A stretch of DNA of 62,612 bases, filler included. It is 10 parts of 10 records of this genome, joined end to end, with 100 filler letters (N's around TTAATTAATTAA, not from the genome) between each part and the next. Parts side by side here need not be neighbours in the genome. Positions count along the whole stretch, not along the records: positions 20,616 to 39,725 come from SRR20825015_81; positions 39,826 to 42,029 come from SRR20825015_98; positions 42,130 to 45,053 come from SRR20825015_99; 7 more parts are not named here. The stretch is one strand, 5' to 3'. The translations under genes were made by a program, and so were the position numbers. Below are positions 30,965 to 43,917 of the stretch, piece after piece (the first letter of the stretch is position 1; each line of letters starts with the position of its first letter). The notes below the pieces were generated by a model, which was not told where the DNA came from, ran no database searches, and saw only the letters and a list, made by a program, of their open reading frames with translations.

Positions 30965-33580
30965 TCAATGTTGTTCCTCATATAGTATGGCAGACTCGAT
31001 CGCCTTGAACAACTCGAGCTCCTTTGATGCCTCGTAGTCACGCTCTGACACCAAGTCACCAGTTGATAACTGAGATGTTTTGGCCACAGAGTTGGTTGGC
31101 GACTGAATGTCACGAGGTTGACCAGAATGTTTGGGCGGAGACTTAATAATCTCCTGCTCCTTCTTGGGTCTTACAAAGGAGGTGTCGACTTGATGAGACG
31201 GAGGAGGCTGTTTCTTCGGCTTTGGCGCTGGGGAAGCGGGAGGGAGGCTGCTACTGGTGATATAGCCCCAGCCATGTCTCGCCTCAAAACCCTCTTGCCC
31301 TTTCCTTGGAAATGATCCGTCCTTCTTCAGACTAGCTCGTCTCAAGGTCTTTACGTAACTACCTTTCCCATTACGATCCATACCGCTCCAATCTCCCCAT
31401 GCGGGCGTCCCGCCCTTATCCACCCTCTCATGACTAACAGAAGCCTCCGAGTTGTCAACAGGAAGTGGACTCAGGTTAACGCTCACTACTGTGGGCCAAC
31501 CCTCCCCTTTCCTCGGAGACATTCCGGCTCCAGGCGAAGTCTCACTGTGCTGTAGAGGAGGTTGCTCGCCTGGTGTCAAGGGAATGGCACCCTGTGCGGT
31601 GACTAGAACCGATGGTGTTGGTGGTCTTGAGGACTGGCGCCTCATCTCAGGACCCGGGCTGATGCGTCGCGCTCCAGAGTAAACCAAATTCTGTTGCTGA
31701 GGTACCTTTTGAGGTCTGGATCGGACCGGCGTTGTCGTCCTTGAGGTAGGGCGGTTCTGAGACCCACTAGGACGGTTCCGTTGATTGGAATTGTTCCTCC
31801 GTTGCTGTTGCTGCTGGTAGGCCGACTGACTATTTGGCCTTGGTTGACCATGGTTGTGGCTACTTCCCTTCCTAGCCGGAGTTAGACCTTTGCTCTCTTT
31901 ACTTGGCCGGAAGCTGTCAATCTTGGAGGAGATTTCACGGTATCTTCCCGGTGTTTGGGATCTTCGTTTTGGCTCGAGACTTGCTCCTTTACCGACAGTG
32001 AAAGGTCTTCCCCAAGCCGTAGAAGGTTGTGCCTGGACCTGGCCATTACTTGCATTATTACGCACGTCTGTCCTGGGTGGTGCGGAGGTACATCTACTAT
32101 CCTTAAATCTCTCAGAGACGCCGAAAGTGGATCGCTCGTGGCTTGATGCGAACCGCTTGCTTTGAATAACTGATGTTACAGTGCGATGGGCTTGTTGAGT
32201 TACTGAGTCAGATTGCTTTTTCTGGTTTCTGGCGGTCGAACTTCGCGCCCATGTCTCGGCATCGTCTTGCTGGTGTCTAGAGGAAGCCTTTGCCAATTTT
32301 TCAATCAATTCGGATCTTGTAGCAAATAGTTGTGAACGGGACTGGCTCTTGAGGTTCTTGATGGTATCGGCCGTCGACAACGTTGGCTTAGGGCAACTTA
32401 GAGATCGGAACTCTTCGGGAGGAGAGGTTGGCCGCTTCTCTGGCTCGGGGCGACGTGATTGTTGGGAAATCAGCCTGGGAGGGGTCTCATGGCCCGCCTG
32501 ACCACCGAAAATCTTCAAACTAATCATTTTCACAGATTTATCAGGCTTCGGTTTTGTAGTTTCCGTCGGTTCATCAGGGATAGCATGATTACTGCATTGT
32601 TCATCTCCGTCTATGCTAAGGCCTTCAATCATCTGAACCCCGCGCTCAAGAGCTTCCAGCGTTCCTAGAGCACTTTCCCTCTGCTCTTCGGACTTTGATG
32701 TTTGATTTTCGTCTGCCTTCAAGCTGTCTCCGCCTGATAGGTCCTCCGATTCTACATGTTGGGTCACGTCACCGTTATAAGAGCCGTCTGCATTAGATGA
32801 TTCCCGACACACTTCAGGAGAAGATTCCCCCGACTCCCCTTCACTCGACACAGTCGAATTGCCACCAAAGTGGCTACTAACCGAGGGCAGCCTAACTAAG
32901 TAGCTCTTGTTTCCTCCCGTTCCACTTTCAGAGCTCGCTGACGGTGTGCTGGGATGGGTCTCTGGTTCCTTGTCGACAGAGACCGCCCGTCTCTTTGGGG
33001 TTGACACTGCACCATCTTCTTCGTACGGGACGTCATAGTCATAGTCGGAAGGCGAGGTCTGATACTTCAACACCGGAAATGGTCTTTCAGGATCAACTTC
33101 CAGAGACCCCATAGCTGTTAGAAGACTAGTTGGATCGGAGTGTTGGGGTGAGTTGTCACTGTCTTCAAGAAGGGAGGCGTTCGGCTCCTCATACGAGTCC
33201 AAAGCAGCAGTCGCAACCAGGGGAGAGGGGAAAAGGAAGAGTTTTGAGGGGGATCTACTCGCCGACTTCTTTGCATCAGGTTTTGGGGGCAAGTCCCTAT
33301 CCCTTGTGAGGGGAGGTGTCGCTGCAGGGTTTGTCCTGGTGCTGGTCATCCGCGTCAGACCCGAGGAGGGTGAGTTTGTGTTGAGGGTAGACCCTTGATC
33401 GGTCTCCGACTTCCATTCCTTATCAGTCGGTGGGATATCGATTGAGAATTTGCTCTGCAAATTTTCTTGATCTTGGGCAGAGGGCAATGGACTTTGGGGA
33501 GGTTTGCTTCGACCGATAGTCACGGGTCTCAAATTGGAGTCTCTTTCGACAATCATTTTGGTGTTGGGTGCTTGTTTCAT
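30965..33580 (-). CDS. Hypothetical Ser/Pro/Gln-rich, probably disordered protein
   Basis: 871-codon open frame with low-complexity composition; no recognisable domain; true ends uncertain. Confidence 0.6.
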   Translation of the reverse strand: MKQAPNTKMIVERDSNLRPVTIGRSKPPQSPLPSAQDQENLQSKFSIDIPPTDKEWKSETDQGSTLNTNSPSSGLTRMTSTRTNPAATPPLTRDRDLPPKPDAKKSASRSPSKLFLFPSPLVATAALDSYEEPNASLLEDSDNSPQHSDPTSLLTAMGSLEVDPERPFPVLKYQTSPSDYDYDVPYEEDGAVSTPKRRAVSVDKEPETHPSTPSASSESGTGGNKSYLVRLPSVSSHFGGNSTVSSEGESGESSPEVCRESSNADGSYNGDVTQHVESEDLSGGDSLKADENQTSKSEEQRESALGTLEALERGVQMIEGLSIDGDEQCSNHAIPDEPTETTKPKPDKSVKMISLKIFGGQAGHETPPRLISQQSRRPEPEKRPTSPPEEFRSLSCPKPTLSTADTIKNLKSQSRSQLFATRSELIEKLAKASSRHQQDDAETWARSSTARNQKKQSDSVTQQAHRTVTSVIQSKRFASSHERSTFGVSERFKDSRCTSAPPRTDVRNNASNGQVQAQPSTAWGRPFTVGKGASLEPKRRSQTPGRYREISSKIDSFRPSKESKGLTPARKGSSHNHGQPRPNSQSAYQQQQQRRNNSNQRNRPSGSQNRPTSRTTTPVRSRPQKVPQQQNLVYSGARRISPGPEMRRQSSRPPTPSVLVTAQGAIPLTPGEQPPLQHSETSPGAGMSPRKGEGWPTVVSVNLSPLPVDNSEASVSHERVDKGGTPAWGDWSGMDRNGKGSYVKTLRRASLKKDGSFPRKGQEGFEARHGWGYITSSSLPPASPAPKPKKQPPPSHQVDTSFVRPKKEQEIIKSPPKHSGQPRDIQSPTNSVAKTSQLSTGDLVSERDYEASKELELFKAIESAILYEEQH

Positions 33581-34224
33581 CTGCGTTGACCGTGGGTTTG
33601 GAAGCTATGTCAGTCGCAATTTTCCAGAGGAAAACACATTCTGGGGCTCACCGCTGGAAGTGGAGGGAGGGGCAGTCCAGGAGGTTTTAAAGGAGGGACT
33701 CTAGCCGCTTTATGCTCCGTATTTCTTTGTGGTTTGATTGCCCTTCGAGGAGAGACTCGCTCGGCTGGGTTTGGCGCAGGCATTGGCATTGGAGATGGGG
33801 GAGAGCTGGACTCGCTACCTTCCCGACGGCGCTTTCTCTAAGAGGTTTGAGGAGTGATACACCTGTTGTTAGACATATCGTTGCCTTGACTTGTGATGTA
33901 TCCATGACATACCTTCTTTCGGTTTAGAAAGTTGAAGCATCCAATCATCGCCAAATTTGAAAATTGATCTAAAAACAGTACTGTCCCGGTCATTTATTGA
34001 AAAGACTTGAAACCGCTGTCATTCTAGCTTTTTCTCCTTTTTGTGGGACCTTTTTCTCTTGTTAGCAGCATCCGCCGAGTGAGATGACTCATGCCCCCAC
34101 GGAGTATGAGTACAAATCAACGGCAAGGATTAAGCTGTTCACAAATCGTTTCAATCAACTGCATCTCATTCTCGTTTCTTGCTTGATCATCTTGATGAAG
34201 TCTCCGTTTGTCAATCTTTTGGCT

Positions 34225-37115
34225 TTACGTGAGAGCCTTAGCCTCATCCCACACAGTTTGAATGTGACGGACACGACCACGACTCGGGACACCGAATTCT
34301 GCACGTTCTTTGACGACAGAGGACGCGCTCCCAAGGAAACGAAACTTTTCCTCGGATGAAAGCATTTCGTTCCTAACATTCTCTTTCATCTCGATGGTGT
34401 CTTCCAGACGCCGCTGAAGCTTATCTCGAGTTTGCTTGAATTTCTGATGAAACTTTTGGCCCTGAAAATATGTGAGCAACCGAAGTGCAATGTGAGGATC
34501 TCACTTACGAGTGCCTCAGCTTCTTCAACCGTGAGTCTACGATGCTGTGGAGCCATGCGACTGTGATAGCTCTTCCAGTGCGGCCTTGCTGTTTCTGCAA
34601 TTCCTTCTCCGGGAAGGTTGTCTGTGGGTACTTTCTTGGCTTTGTACATGTCTAGCAAAACGTTGGACGAGGAATCCCTATGCTTGCTCATCTTCGCTTT
34701 CACCCTACTTGAAACTTGTGAAATGCTCTGTCGCCGACGAGAGGAGCTGCTCATCATTGACTGTGGAGTACCGGGTTGCCACATTGATTGGCTCGCTGGC
34801 GTATGCATTCCTCTGTTTACGGCCGGTGAATTGAGTCCAAAGCTCCGAGGTGTATTCAAAGCCACGCTATTTGGGGTGCGATGACTAAAACTTCCTGGAG
34901 TTCCAAGGCCAAACGAGTCCCCAGCTATCATTGTGTCGACTCTGAGTTTTGGTTGCATGCGCCTCGATATGGATCCGCTTTGCGCTAACGTGTGACTAGC
35001 ACTCGTAGACTCATCGTCTGAGCCATTTGGAGACCTTTGCGTAAGGAAGAATGAGCGGTAGAGGTCCTGCTCATCCTCTGATGTCTCTTCATCGCTAACT
35101 ACCGGTTTTGCTTTCCTGTTGTAATAACAACGGTCAGAGTGACAGAAAACTAGAAAACTGATAATGGCTTGACTTACGACATCAGCTCCTTTTTAGTTTC
35201 CATGGCCTTAATTGACGGTAAGTACGCCTCAAACAACGACCCCCCTGCGGACTGGTTTGGATTTAGCATTGGTGCAGCTATTGCGAGAGACCGTACCATG
35301 ACGTGTTTCCTTCTCTTTTCTGACGAAACGATCTTCCTGCGAGGAAAGCGGCTACGTTGTAAATTCACTGCTTCGTGCGTCTCTAAATGGGACAGTTAAA
35401 TGGACAAGGGACATAATTGCGTGAAAGACTGCTACCGTTCATGATTTCATGGTGGAGTTCTCGAAGAATTTTGTCATCTGGGTTGTCCATTTTCTTGACT
35501 GCTACTGAGAGTGCTCGCACATTCTTCTTTGTCTCCGCAGTCTCTCGTTTCAAGCGTTCTAGTGGTCGTGTCAACCAAATGACTCAAAAAATAAGAGATG
35601 CTACCTTCTTCATCTATTTCTTCCTCTGGTAGCTTTCGCACCCATTTCTTCGGTCTATTTGTAACGGCCAAGAGCTTCCCACCGTGGGGTTTGTAAGGTT
35701 TTCCAGACCGTGACCAAACACCATGCTCTGACCTGTTGCACTGTTAAGCTGGTTGCAGTCAGTCAAGAGAACAGTAGACCTACCTTCCTTCAGCTGTTGC
35801 TGCCCTTACGATTAAATCCTGGATGTCTAAATTCGGGCAGTCTCCTTTGCCAACAATATGCGTCGCTGCGCCCTGCTCTTCTGGATCTGCGGTTTTCCTC
35901 GCCTTCTTCTCTTGTAAATACCTGCTATATAGTTCCTGGTGATAACATATTTCCCAACGTACATGATTCATTTGCGTAAGCGACACGTATCCGAAAGACA
36001 GCCCCCCGGAACACTTACTCTGTAAAGTGGATACTCCCTCATTTCTTTCAAGAAGTTTCTACACCGAGCAAGCTGCTCTTCAAGCTCCTGCCTGCCCACA
36101 TCTTGCAGCAAGTGTGTCTCTTGCTCTGCGTCCGTCGCAGTTGAAGACGTGGTCGCACTTCCAGGTCGATCTCGTTGTTTTTCTCGGGCCTTACTGAGCT
36201 CCCGTTCCATTCTAAGAGTTTCTGTTGAGAGACTGTAAGTCGGTGGCAGGAGAAAGATATCTCACTTACTTTCTCTCACAGCTCTGTCTCTCGCAGCCTG
36301 CCGCTCTTTCTCCGCTGCCTCTGCTTGTCTCGTGTATTTGGCGGCAATGCGTTTTGGATAACCTACATGAGGCTGCGAAAGCGTCAGGTAATGTGGGTCA
36401 AATCCTGAGGGCATACTTGTTCGTAGTTGTAGTAGTTCAATATTTTCAACATGTCAACTTTGTCCTTCTTCTTTTGGGCCTTTTGTTTAAGTGGCTTGAT
36501 TTCCTCCGCCAAGCTCTTTCGGATGGACTGTAAAGCAAACGCATGAGGACTGGGTGAGCCTTCGGGTTACGAGTTCAGCAATAAGCTGTTTCATACATTC
36601 TTGGATTTTTCTATCTTGGACTTGACTACGTTCCTCTTGAAAGATCCTGCCGCTTTTGCGACGTTAAACTGTGTTCGCATGACTTTCGTATTTTCAGCTA
36701 TGGACGAGTCAGGCGAGTTGATTGCTCCATCCAAGATGTCCTCCTTCTCCAGTGCAAATGGGTCTTGGAGGAGGAGAAGTGTCTCGAATGAAGCGAAGGA
36801 AGCAAGCTTGAATTTCGAGGACTGTCGAGTGTTAGACCTAGTAGTTCAATTTACCTAAATAGTTTACTTACCGATAAACGCTTGTCCAAGGTAGGTCTGG
36901 TCCCATCTGAAGTCTGGGGAGTGCGAGTTGTGTCCCATGTGCTGGTTTGTCTCCGCTGTCTTGGTGTGGACGGCTGTGATTCCCCACTGGATTCTGCTTC
37001 TTCTTGTTCCAATATTTGAGACTGTTTGTAATGTGTCACGTATTCGTATCAAAGTTGTTACTTATGGTCTCACCAGCTGATGGATTGTAGTCCGAAGGTG
37101 CTCCAAGTCGCCCAT
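34225..37115 (-). CDS. Hypothetical multi-exon coiled-coil/low-complexity protein
   Basis: Chain of minus-strand exons with GT..AG boundaries from MGDLEHLRTTIHQL (ATG 37115) through E/K/R-rich segments; boundaries approximate. Confidence 0.45.
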
Positions 37116-37636
37116 CGCTCAGCCGACTGACACAACCGTTTCTTCGTCGAAATTACGTCAAAAAAGCGTTATTTACGATATGTTACAGAGATGAGGTGAC
37201 AACCAATCGGCTTTCAGCTGTTACTTCTCGGAGTTTCCTTCGGGCTACTCGCAATTGTGTTTTTGACGATTTTCGGTTATAAATACTACGGCAAGGAAAG
37301 GCTAAGGCAACACGCCCTACACACGGAAACACCGTCACAACATAAATCCATAAAGCCGAAAAACGTCGTCGGCCCATAGTAAAGCCTCACAGGATTGGTG
37401 AGTGTCTGGACCTTATCAGCCAGTGTAAACGCATCCGTGTCAGGAGGTCATCCCACATCCCTGGTGAGTAGTTTGCACTTCGAAACATGTCGACACCACA
37501 CACTCAGGCAATAACCTCCCCCATTTATTGCCAACAACGGTGTCCTCCGTAGTCCACTTGTCGCGTATCTGCCATCATGCAGTATCATCTTCCTCATCAC
37601 TGACTCGCCATGTTCGACAGATTCAACTATCGAACA

Positions 37637-39725
37637 ATGTCTGCACTCAGATTCGACGATCGTGTAGCTATCATTACTGGTGCCGGTGGGGGCCTTGGAC
37701 GCGCCTACGCTCTTCTGTTTGCTTCAAGAGGGGCCAAGTAAGCACTCGCTGCGTTCGTCTAGGTTTTCAGTAGCTCATCAATCATGGCGCAGAGTCGTTG
37801 TTAATGATCTCGGGGGAACTTTTAAGGGCGATGGCGCAGACTCTAAGGCCGCAGACAAGGTTGTGGACGAAATTCGCAAAGCCGGTGGCGTTGCTGTTGC
37901 AAATTACGACTCCGTAGAATTCGGAGATCGCATTGTGAAGACTGCTGTTGACGCATTCGGTCGCGTCGACATTGTAATTAACAATGGTAAGATCTTCATA
38001 TTAAATCGACCCTTTCGTGATCTCTTACCGAATATCTTTCTTGGCAGCCGGAATTCTCCGCGATATCTCGTTCCAGAAGATGAAGGATGAGGACTGGGAT
38101 CTTATCTTCAAGGTTCACGTGAAGGGTGCGTACGCCGTCACCCGAGCCGCCTGGCCCTACATGAAGAAGAACGGTTACGGAAGAATAATCATGACCGCAA
38201 GCTCAGCTGGAATCTACGGGAACTTTGGCCAAACGAACTATGCCGCAGCGAAAATGGCCCTACTCGGCTTTTCTAACAGCTTGGCAGTCGAGGGAGCCAA
38301 GTCCAACATAAAATCAAACACAATTGCTCCGTTGGCCGGCACGCGGTTGACAGCAACAGTTCTCCCCCCAGATGTGCTCGAGATGTTGAAGCCGGAGTAC
38401 GTTGCACCCGTTGTCGCTTATCTTTGTCACGAGGACTGTGAAGACACTGGCGCTGTGTTCGAGCTCGGTGCTGGGTGGGCCAGTCGACTTAGGTTGAACA
38501 GGACCGAGGGAGCTTTCTTCAACCCCCAGTCCATGACCCCCGAGGCAGTTGCACAAAACTGGGATGCTGTCGTGGACTTCACAAAGCAGACTCTGCCAAC
38601 GACTCCGAACGATGCATTTGAGCCAATCATGGCCAATCTGGAGAGGGTCAAGAGCGAGGCTTCGAAACCGCGAGGAAACGAACACGTTGATCTTGACCAA
38701 GCCGTTGGGTATCAATTTGAAGATGTCGTAACAGACGTGACTGAGAGAGACATCATCCTGTACGCTCTTGCGGTTGGTGCCTCCCGTGATCCTCTAGATG
38801 ATGCCGAACTGAGGTTCACGTACGAAATGCACTCGGATGGACTAATCGCTATTCCCACGTATGGAGTGCTATTTCCATTTGCTGCTCTTGAGAATATCGT
38901 GTCCGTTCCCGGACTTAGTTTCAACCCAATGATGTTGCTGCATGGCGAGCAAACGCTGAGACTGATTAACGCCATCCCCACGTCTGGGAAAGTTGTGACC
39001 AAGGCCAAGATCGCCAATATTTACGACAAAGGCAAGAACGCACTGGTAATGACGAACAAAAGAACGCTCCTTGATGTCGCTAACGCTTTCGCTCTTTGTT
39101 CCAGATTGTGATTGACGCCATGACCTACGATGAGAGCGGTAAAGAAATATGCTTCAACCAAATGAAAGCTATGGTTCGTGGAATTGGAGGATTTGGTGGA
39201 GAACGTGGACCCGCTGGCGAAGATTACTCCCCTCCGAAGAGAGCTCCTGACGCCGTCACTCAACACAAGACCGAAGACAACCTGGCCCTTCTTTACAGGT
39301 TGTGTGGTGATCGAAATCCTCTCCACGCTGATCCAAGCATGGCGGCTATGGGCGGTTTCAACAAGCCCATTCTGCACGGCCTCGCCACGCTTGGCATTGG
39401 AGGAAAGGCAGTCCTGACAAAATTCTGCAACAACAATCCAGATCTATTCAAGGGTATCAGTGTCCGCTTCACAAAACATGTTTTCCCCGGTGAAACGATT
39501 GTCACCGAAATGTGGAAACAAGGCAACAATGTGCTATTCCAATGCCGAGTAGCTGAAAGAGGAGACTTGGTTCTTGCCAACGCCGTGGTACATCTGGCCA
39601 CTGGAGTGTCGGCCTCCCCTACAGTGGGTCGTATCCCAAACCCTGCCGCACGTGTTGCTCGACTAATTCCCGCATTCACCAATGCTGCCGCCCCATTGAA
39701 GAGCGCCGCTTTGTTTGACTTGATG
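37637..39725 (+). CDS. HSD17B4: Peroxisomal multifunctional enzyme type 2 (SDR + hydratase 2), 3' truncated
   Basis: [64 protein letters not shown] and PILHGLAT. Confidence 0.93.
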
Positions 39726-39825
39726 NNNNNNNNNNNNNNNNNNNNNNNNNNNNNNNNNNNNNNNNNNNNTTAATTAATTAANNNNNNNNNNNNNNNNNNN
39801 NNNNNNNNNNNNNNNNNNNNNNNNN

Positions 39826-40743
39826 ATGCTTGAGAGTGACGACCTTCGTGATGTTGGGGATGGCAGCGGCAATATTATTGTTTGTTGCCGCATCTTTACC
39901 ATAGGCAATACCAGCATCTTCCACCGACCAATTGCCTTCAATGACTACATCCCCATCGAAATAACGCACATCAGGGTCTTTTCAGATCTTCAGACACTTC
40001 CTTCTGATTTCCTCAAAAATAGTCGACTGTCTGATATTGACCTGACCCCCATCTCACAGTTAGCAGGGGTGGTGCAGGGCCCCTTTCTACAGGGGTGTAA
40101 GGGCCTCAGCCATGTCGATCTCAGCCCCCTCTCACAGGTGCATGTACCGGGTCGTAGCTTCCTTCAGGGGTGCAGCGGCCTGATGGTACTCAATCTAACT
40201 CCACTCTCAAATGTGACCGACATCCAATCTTCATTCCTCCACGGATGTAGTAGTATGACTGCCATCGATTTCAGCCCGCTGACAAGTATCGTATCAGTGG
40301 GACACTCCTTTCTCAAGGGGTGCAGTAGTCTGACTACTATCGATCTGACCCCCCTCTCGCGCATCAAGGTGGCACACGCGAGCTTTCTTTACGGGTGCAA
40401 TGAGCTGACAACCATCGACCTCAGTCCCCTCACACAGGTGGTGACGGTGATGGCCTCTTTTCTTGAGGAGTGCAGTGGGTTGGCCACCATCGAGATTGGT
40501 TGCTTATCCGAGGTCTCAATGGTGTCAGCAGTGGGACACTCCTTCCTCAAGGGGTGCTTGAGCTTGGCTGATATCGACCTGAGACTTCTATCAGGTGTGA
40601 CCCTGCTTCCCTGGCAGTTCCTAGGTGGATGTACTAGCCTGATTACGATCGATCTGAGCCCACTCACCTCTCTGAAGTCGTTCCCCAACGATCTCAGAAC
40701 TAGAGGGGTTACCTTGCTACTGCCCAAACACCTATTGGAGTAA
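39826..40743 (+). CDS. Leucine-rich repeat protein (about 24-aa repeats), probably 5' partial
   Basis: About nine repeats of IDLSPLSxVxxVxxSFLxGCSxLT. Confidence 0.85.
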   Translation: MLESDDLRDVGDGSGNIIVCCRIFTIGNTSIFHRPIAFNDYIPIEITHIRVFSDLQTLPSDFLKNSRLSDIDLTPISQLAGVVQGPFLQGCKGLSHVDLSPLSQVHVPGRSFLQGCSGLMVLNLTPLSNVTDIQSSFLHGCSSMTAIDFSPLTSIVSVGHSFLKGCSSLTTIDLTPLSRIKVAHASFLYGCNELTTIDLSPLTQVVTVMASFLEECSGLATIEIGCLSEVSMVSAVGHSFLKGCLSLADIDLRLLSGVTLLPWQFLGGCTSLITIDLSPLTSLKSFPNDLRTRGVTLLLPKHLLE

Positions 40744-40896
40744 AGAGCTTCACAAAGTAAAAAAACAACACACACACGCACCGTATTACATTTTAATTTA
40801 AATAATTGTACCTTTTTTTGTAGTTGCAATTCAACCACCATTCTCTTCACCACCACCTCCTATTATTAGTAGTAATTATAGTAGTACCACCACACC

Positions 40897-41817
40897 ATGA
40901 GCCACGCCCCCCACGTATCTATAGATGCCCTGGTGAAGTTCTCTGCCCCCCTGGCAATCGGTCGTACCAGAGGTGTACACAATACTAGCCGTATGTATGC
41001 CGTTACGGACCGTCAGAAGAAGAAGTTCCACTACCCCATGATCGGTCATAATATGATCCGTGGTAACCACGACTCGTATCGGTACGCCAAGGGGTCCCTA
41101 TCCCACTGGGGAGAGGGCCTAGCGGTGCAGAAGTACCACCAGCACTATGCCCACGCCAAGTGCGATACCGACTATGGTAAGGGAGGTAGAGAGTTTGAAT
41201 ACCTCTCTGTGAAGAGGGGTCGGAGCACTAGGCTGCCCATCCCCAAGGTGCAGTACGTAGATGTCAAGAGTAAGCCCACATGGGTGTTCAAGTCGTGGCA
41301 TGGTGGTCTAGGTAATATGGAGGTGTGGCAGAGGGAGGTGCAGTACCCTGAGCATGTCCCTGAGCACATGGACGCCAAGCGGCCCCTTACCGTCCTTGCA
41401 CCCCAGACCTTCCACAATACCGTCCATCTAGCCCACATGGAAAAGATCACCATCACCATCTCCCCTGTGATGTTCGGTTTCGGAAAGACCACCCAGGCCT
41501 CGGTTATCAAGCTATACCAACGCCTCCTTAGTGCTCGTAGCCCCTTCCCCAAGGACAAGGTGTCCATGTTTTATTCTATCGATCTCATCTCCCCGAGGAT
41601 CGAGGTAACATGGGTAGATGGGTCCGTGTATGAGCCCCCCATCATGGAGGGGTGCACTGCCCAGGACCTTACCCAAATGATTATGGAGCAGTCATGGTTG
41701 GCTGCGGATAGGATAGCGGCCTCGGGTAAGCCCCTGCAGCCCCTGGCCATCGACGACTACAAGTGGTTCCAGAGAGCAATTGAGAAGAAGAAGGTTAAGG
41801 TCGCCTCCAAGAAGTAA
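40897..41817 (+). CDS. Probable kinetoplastid mitoribosomal protein (mL53-like)
   Basis: Basic 306-aa intronless protein. The C-terminal KITITISP...PRIEVTWVDGSVYEP fits an L53-type thioredoxin-like fold. Family assignment is from memory. Confidence 0.55.
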   Translation: MSHAPHVSIDALVKFSAPLAIGRTRGVHNTSRMYAVTDRQKKKFHYPMIGHNMIRGNHDSYRYAKGSLSHWGEGLAVQKYHQHYAHAKCDTDYGKGGREFEYLSVKRGRSTRLPIPKVQYVDVKSKPTWVFKSWHGGLGNMEVWQREVQYPEHVPEHMDAKRPLTVLAPQTFHNTVHLAHMEKITITISPVMFGFGKTTQASVIKLYQRLLSARSPFPKDKVSMFYSIDLISPRIEVTWVDGSVYEPPIMEGCTAQDLTQMIMEQSWLAADRIAASGKPLQPLAIDDYKWFQRAIEKKKVKVASKK

Positions 41818-43917
41818 ATCTAACCATTTGCGTTCACCATTTGGATGGGCACACATATCACAACCTACCATCCATCCCCCCCATCACCATCTAGTAACAG
41901 GGGCAAAGAGAGGGGGCCCTTCGCATTGCCGCTCCAAAGGATCGTGTATATCGTTGGTCATACTCACACACATTTACAACTTCAAAATATATATACTCTA
42001 GTCTTTCAATATTTGATTCATTACTTATTNNNNNNNNNNNNNNNNNNNNNNNNNNNNNNNNNNNNNNNNNNNNTTAATTAATTAANNNNNNNNNNNNNNN
42101 NNNNNNNNNNNNNNNNNNNNNNNNNNNNNATTATTCACAAACACATCCACCACTACATCTCTCTCTCTATTTCAACAACATTCATACGGCGGACAGGCTC
42201 CCAGCATACAGGTGAGATGGGTAACTGGCATGCAGGTGGTGGCTACACTACCAGCTACTACTACCTACCCTATCTGATTGTAACTATGATGACGTTGATC
42301 AACTGGAGTTAGTGTATGTAGTATGGAGGCGTATGGTATATATTACTGTGTTGTATGTATATATTTGCTCCCATATATTTGAAGTCGTCAACCAAACCCC
42401 AGTTTTTTCCTGTATCCCAGAAAAATTGGAAACACACAAACTTTAGAGGAAGCTGGCTTTTATTTAAAGAATATGTGGACTAAGCATTAAAAGTATTTGG
42501 GGTGATACCGTAGTATTGTTGTTGTGTTTTTAATTTGTTCTGATTCGATTTTATGTTCTTTCTGTTTTCCCTCTTTTCTTCTTCACAAATTCATGTAGCC
42601 TAGAGCTCAGACGGAAAAAATTCATCTGAAACTCTAACCCCCACTTATAAATCAACACAACCCCAAAAAAAGAACAACTAGCATATCATCAAATTAGGAA
42701 AGATTATTGACAAAAATATTATTATATTTCGTGGGTGTACAACAGCAAAACAACACGTTATACATTAATTAATTACCTGTCTGCAAATCAAACATCCTCA
42801 TACGTGTAGTCCCCCGTAAATTGAAAAAAAAAATCGTCCCTTTGGAGAAAGATATCTTTTATACTGCGTTTGTGTTTCTGATTCCCTCACATCATTGAAA
42901 TCCTAATCTAAATATAAAAGTAGACATCTTTTTCCCCTGGCGATTACTACACCTTTTTCTACAGCGGCAATTACCTTTTAGTATTTAGTTTCAACGAGTG
43001 ACAAGCGTTTTCTTCCTTTACGTCAAGACACCACTTCTACAATTCTCGCACCAACAAAGTCGAGATAGCAACACAGAAGCTTGACAAAATCACAGAAGGG
43101 TATCTCAATATTTACGAAATAACGGAGCCCTTTTTTAGATATTTTAAAGAAAATTTTATTTTCAGTATACAACTTTTTTAAGATCTTTTTGTCGCATAGC
43201 GGAGAAAGATTTATAAGTTGTTAGCTTCCCCAACATTACACTCCCCCCTTTACTTTCACAGACGAACGACGATAGCCCCTCTCGACCACTTCCCCATACA
43301 ACAAAGAAAAGAAAGATCACTAAGTACAGAAACACACACCCATTTGTTGTTGATTCTTCGTATTTAACCTCTACTTCTTCGTTGCGTTTCTCGTCTTAAA
43401 AAAACAAGAAAACCACCATCACCAACCTCTCTCTCTCTTCTAACATCAGAACTCCCACTCGGAGACACAGAAGCCAGACGACATCCCCCTTCATATATAA
43501 AAAAACAACACCACCACCACTCCTCCCTTTCTATCTATCTATCTATCTAGCTTCAATATTATTGTTGTTTAAGTTGGTCCACAGTATATCCTCTGCTTCA
43601 CCTCTTTACACTCCTCTGTACAACCCACATCGTCTATCAGAGTAAGCAGTATCCAACTAACAACAACAGATCGTCACGTCACTTTTATATTTTAAAAAAA
43701 TATCAGCACGACGAAGAAACGAGAGAAACGGAGTGAATCAGAAAAATTCGTTCTGCTAGACACATTTAAAAACTCAATTTTAATTACTGCTGTTGACAAC
43801 AACGACTCTCACTCCTACTACTACTATCACGCCATCATCACATCATTTATCAACATCGTCGGGAAAGCTACTACAAATCTAGTTGTGTGTTAAAAAAACA
43901 AAAAACATCTCAACACA

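Noticed and set aside
42130-43917. 1.8 kb ORF-free AT-rich region as a possible ncRNA or element
   Set aside because: Only simple repeats (CTAT, CAA, CT tracts) typical of protist intergenic or UTR DNA were seen; no structured RNA was recognised.
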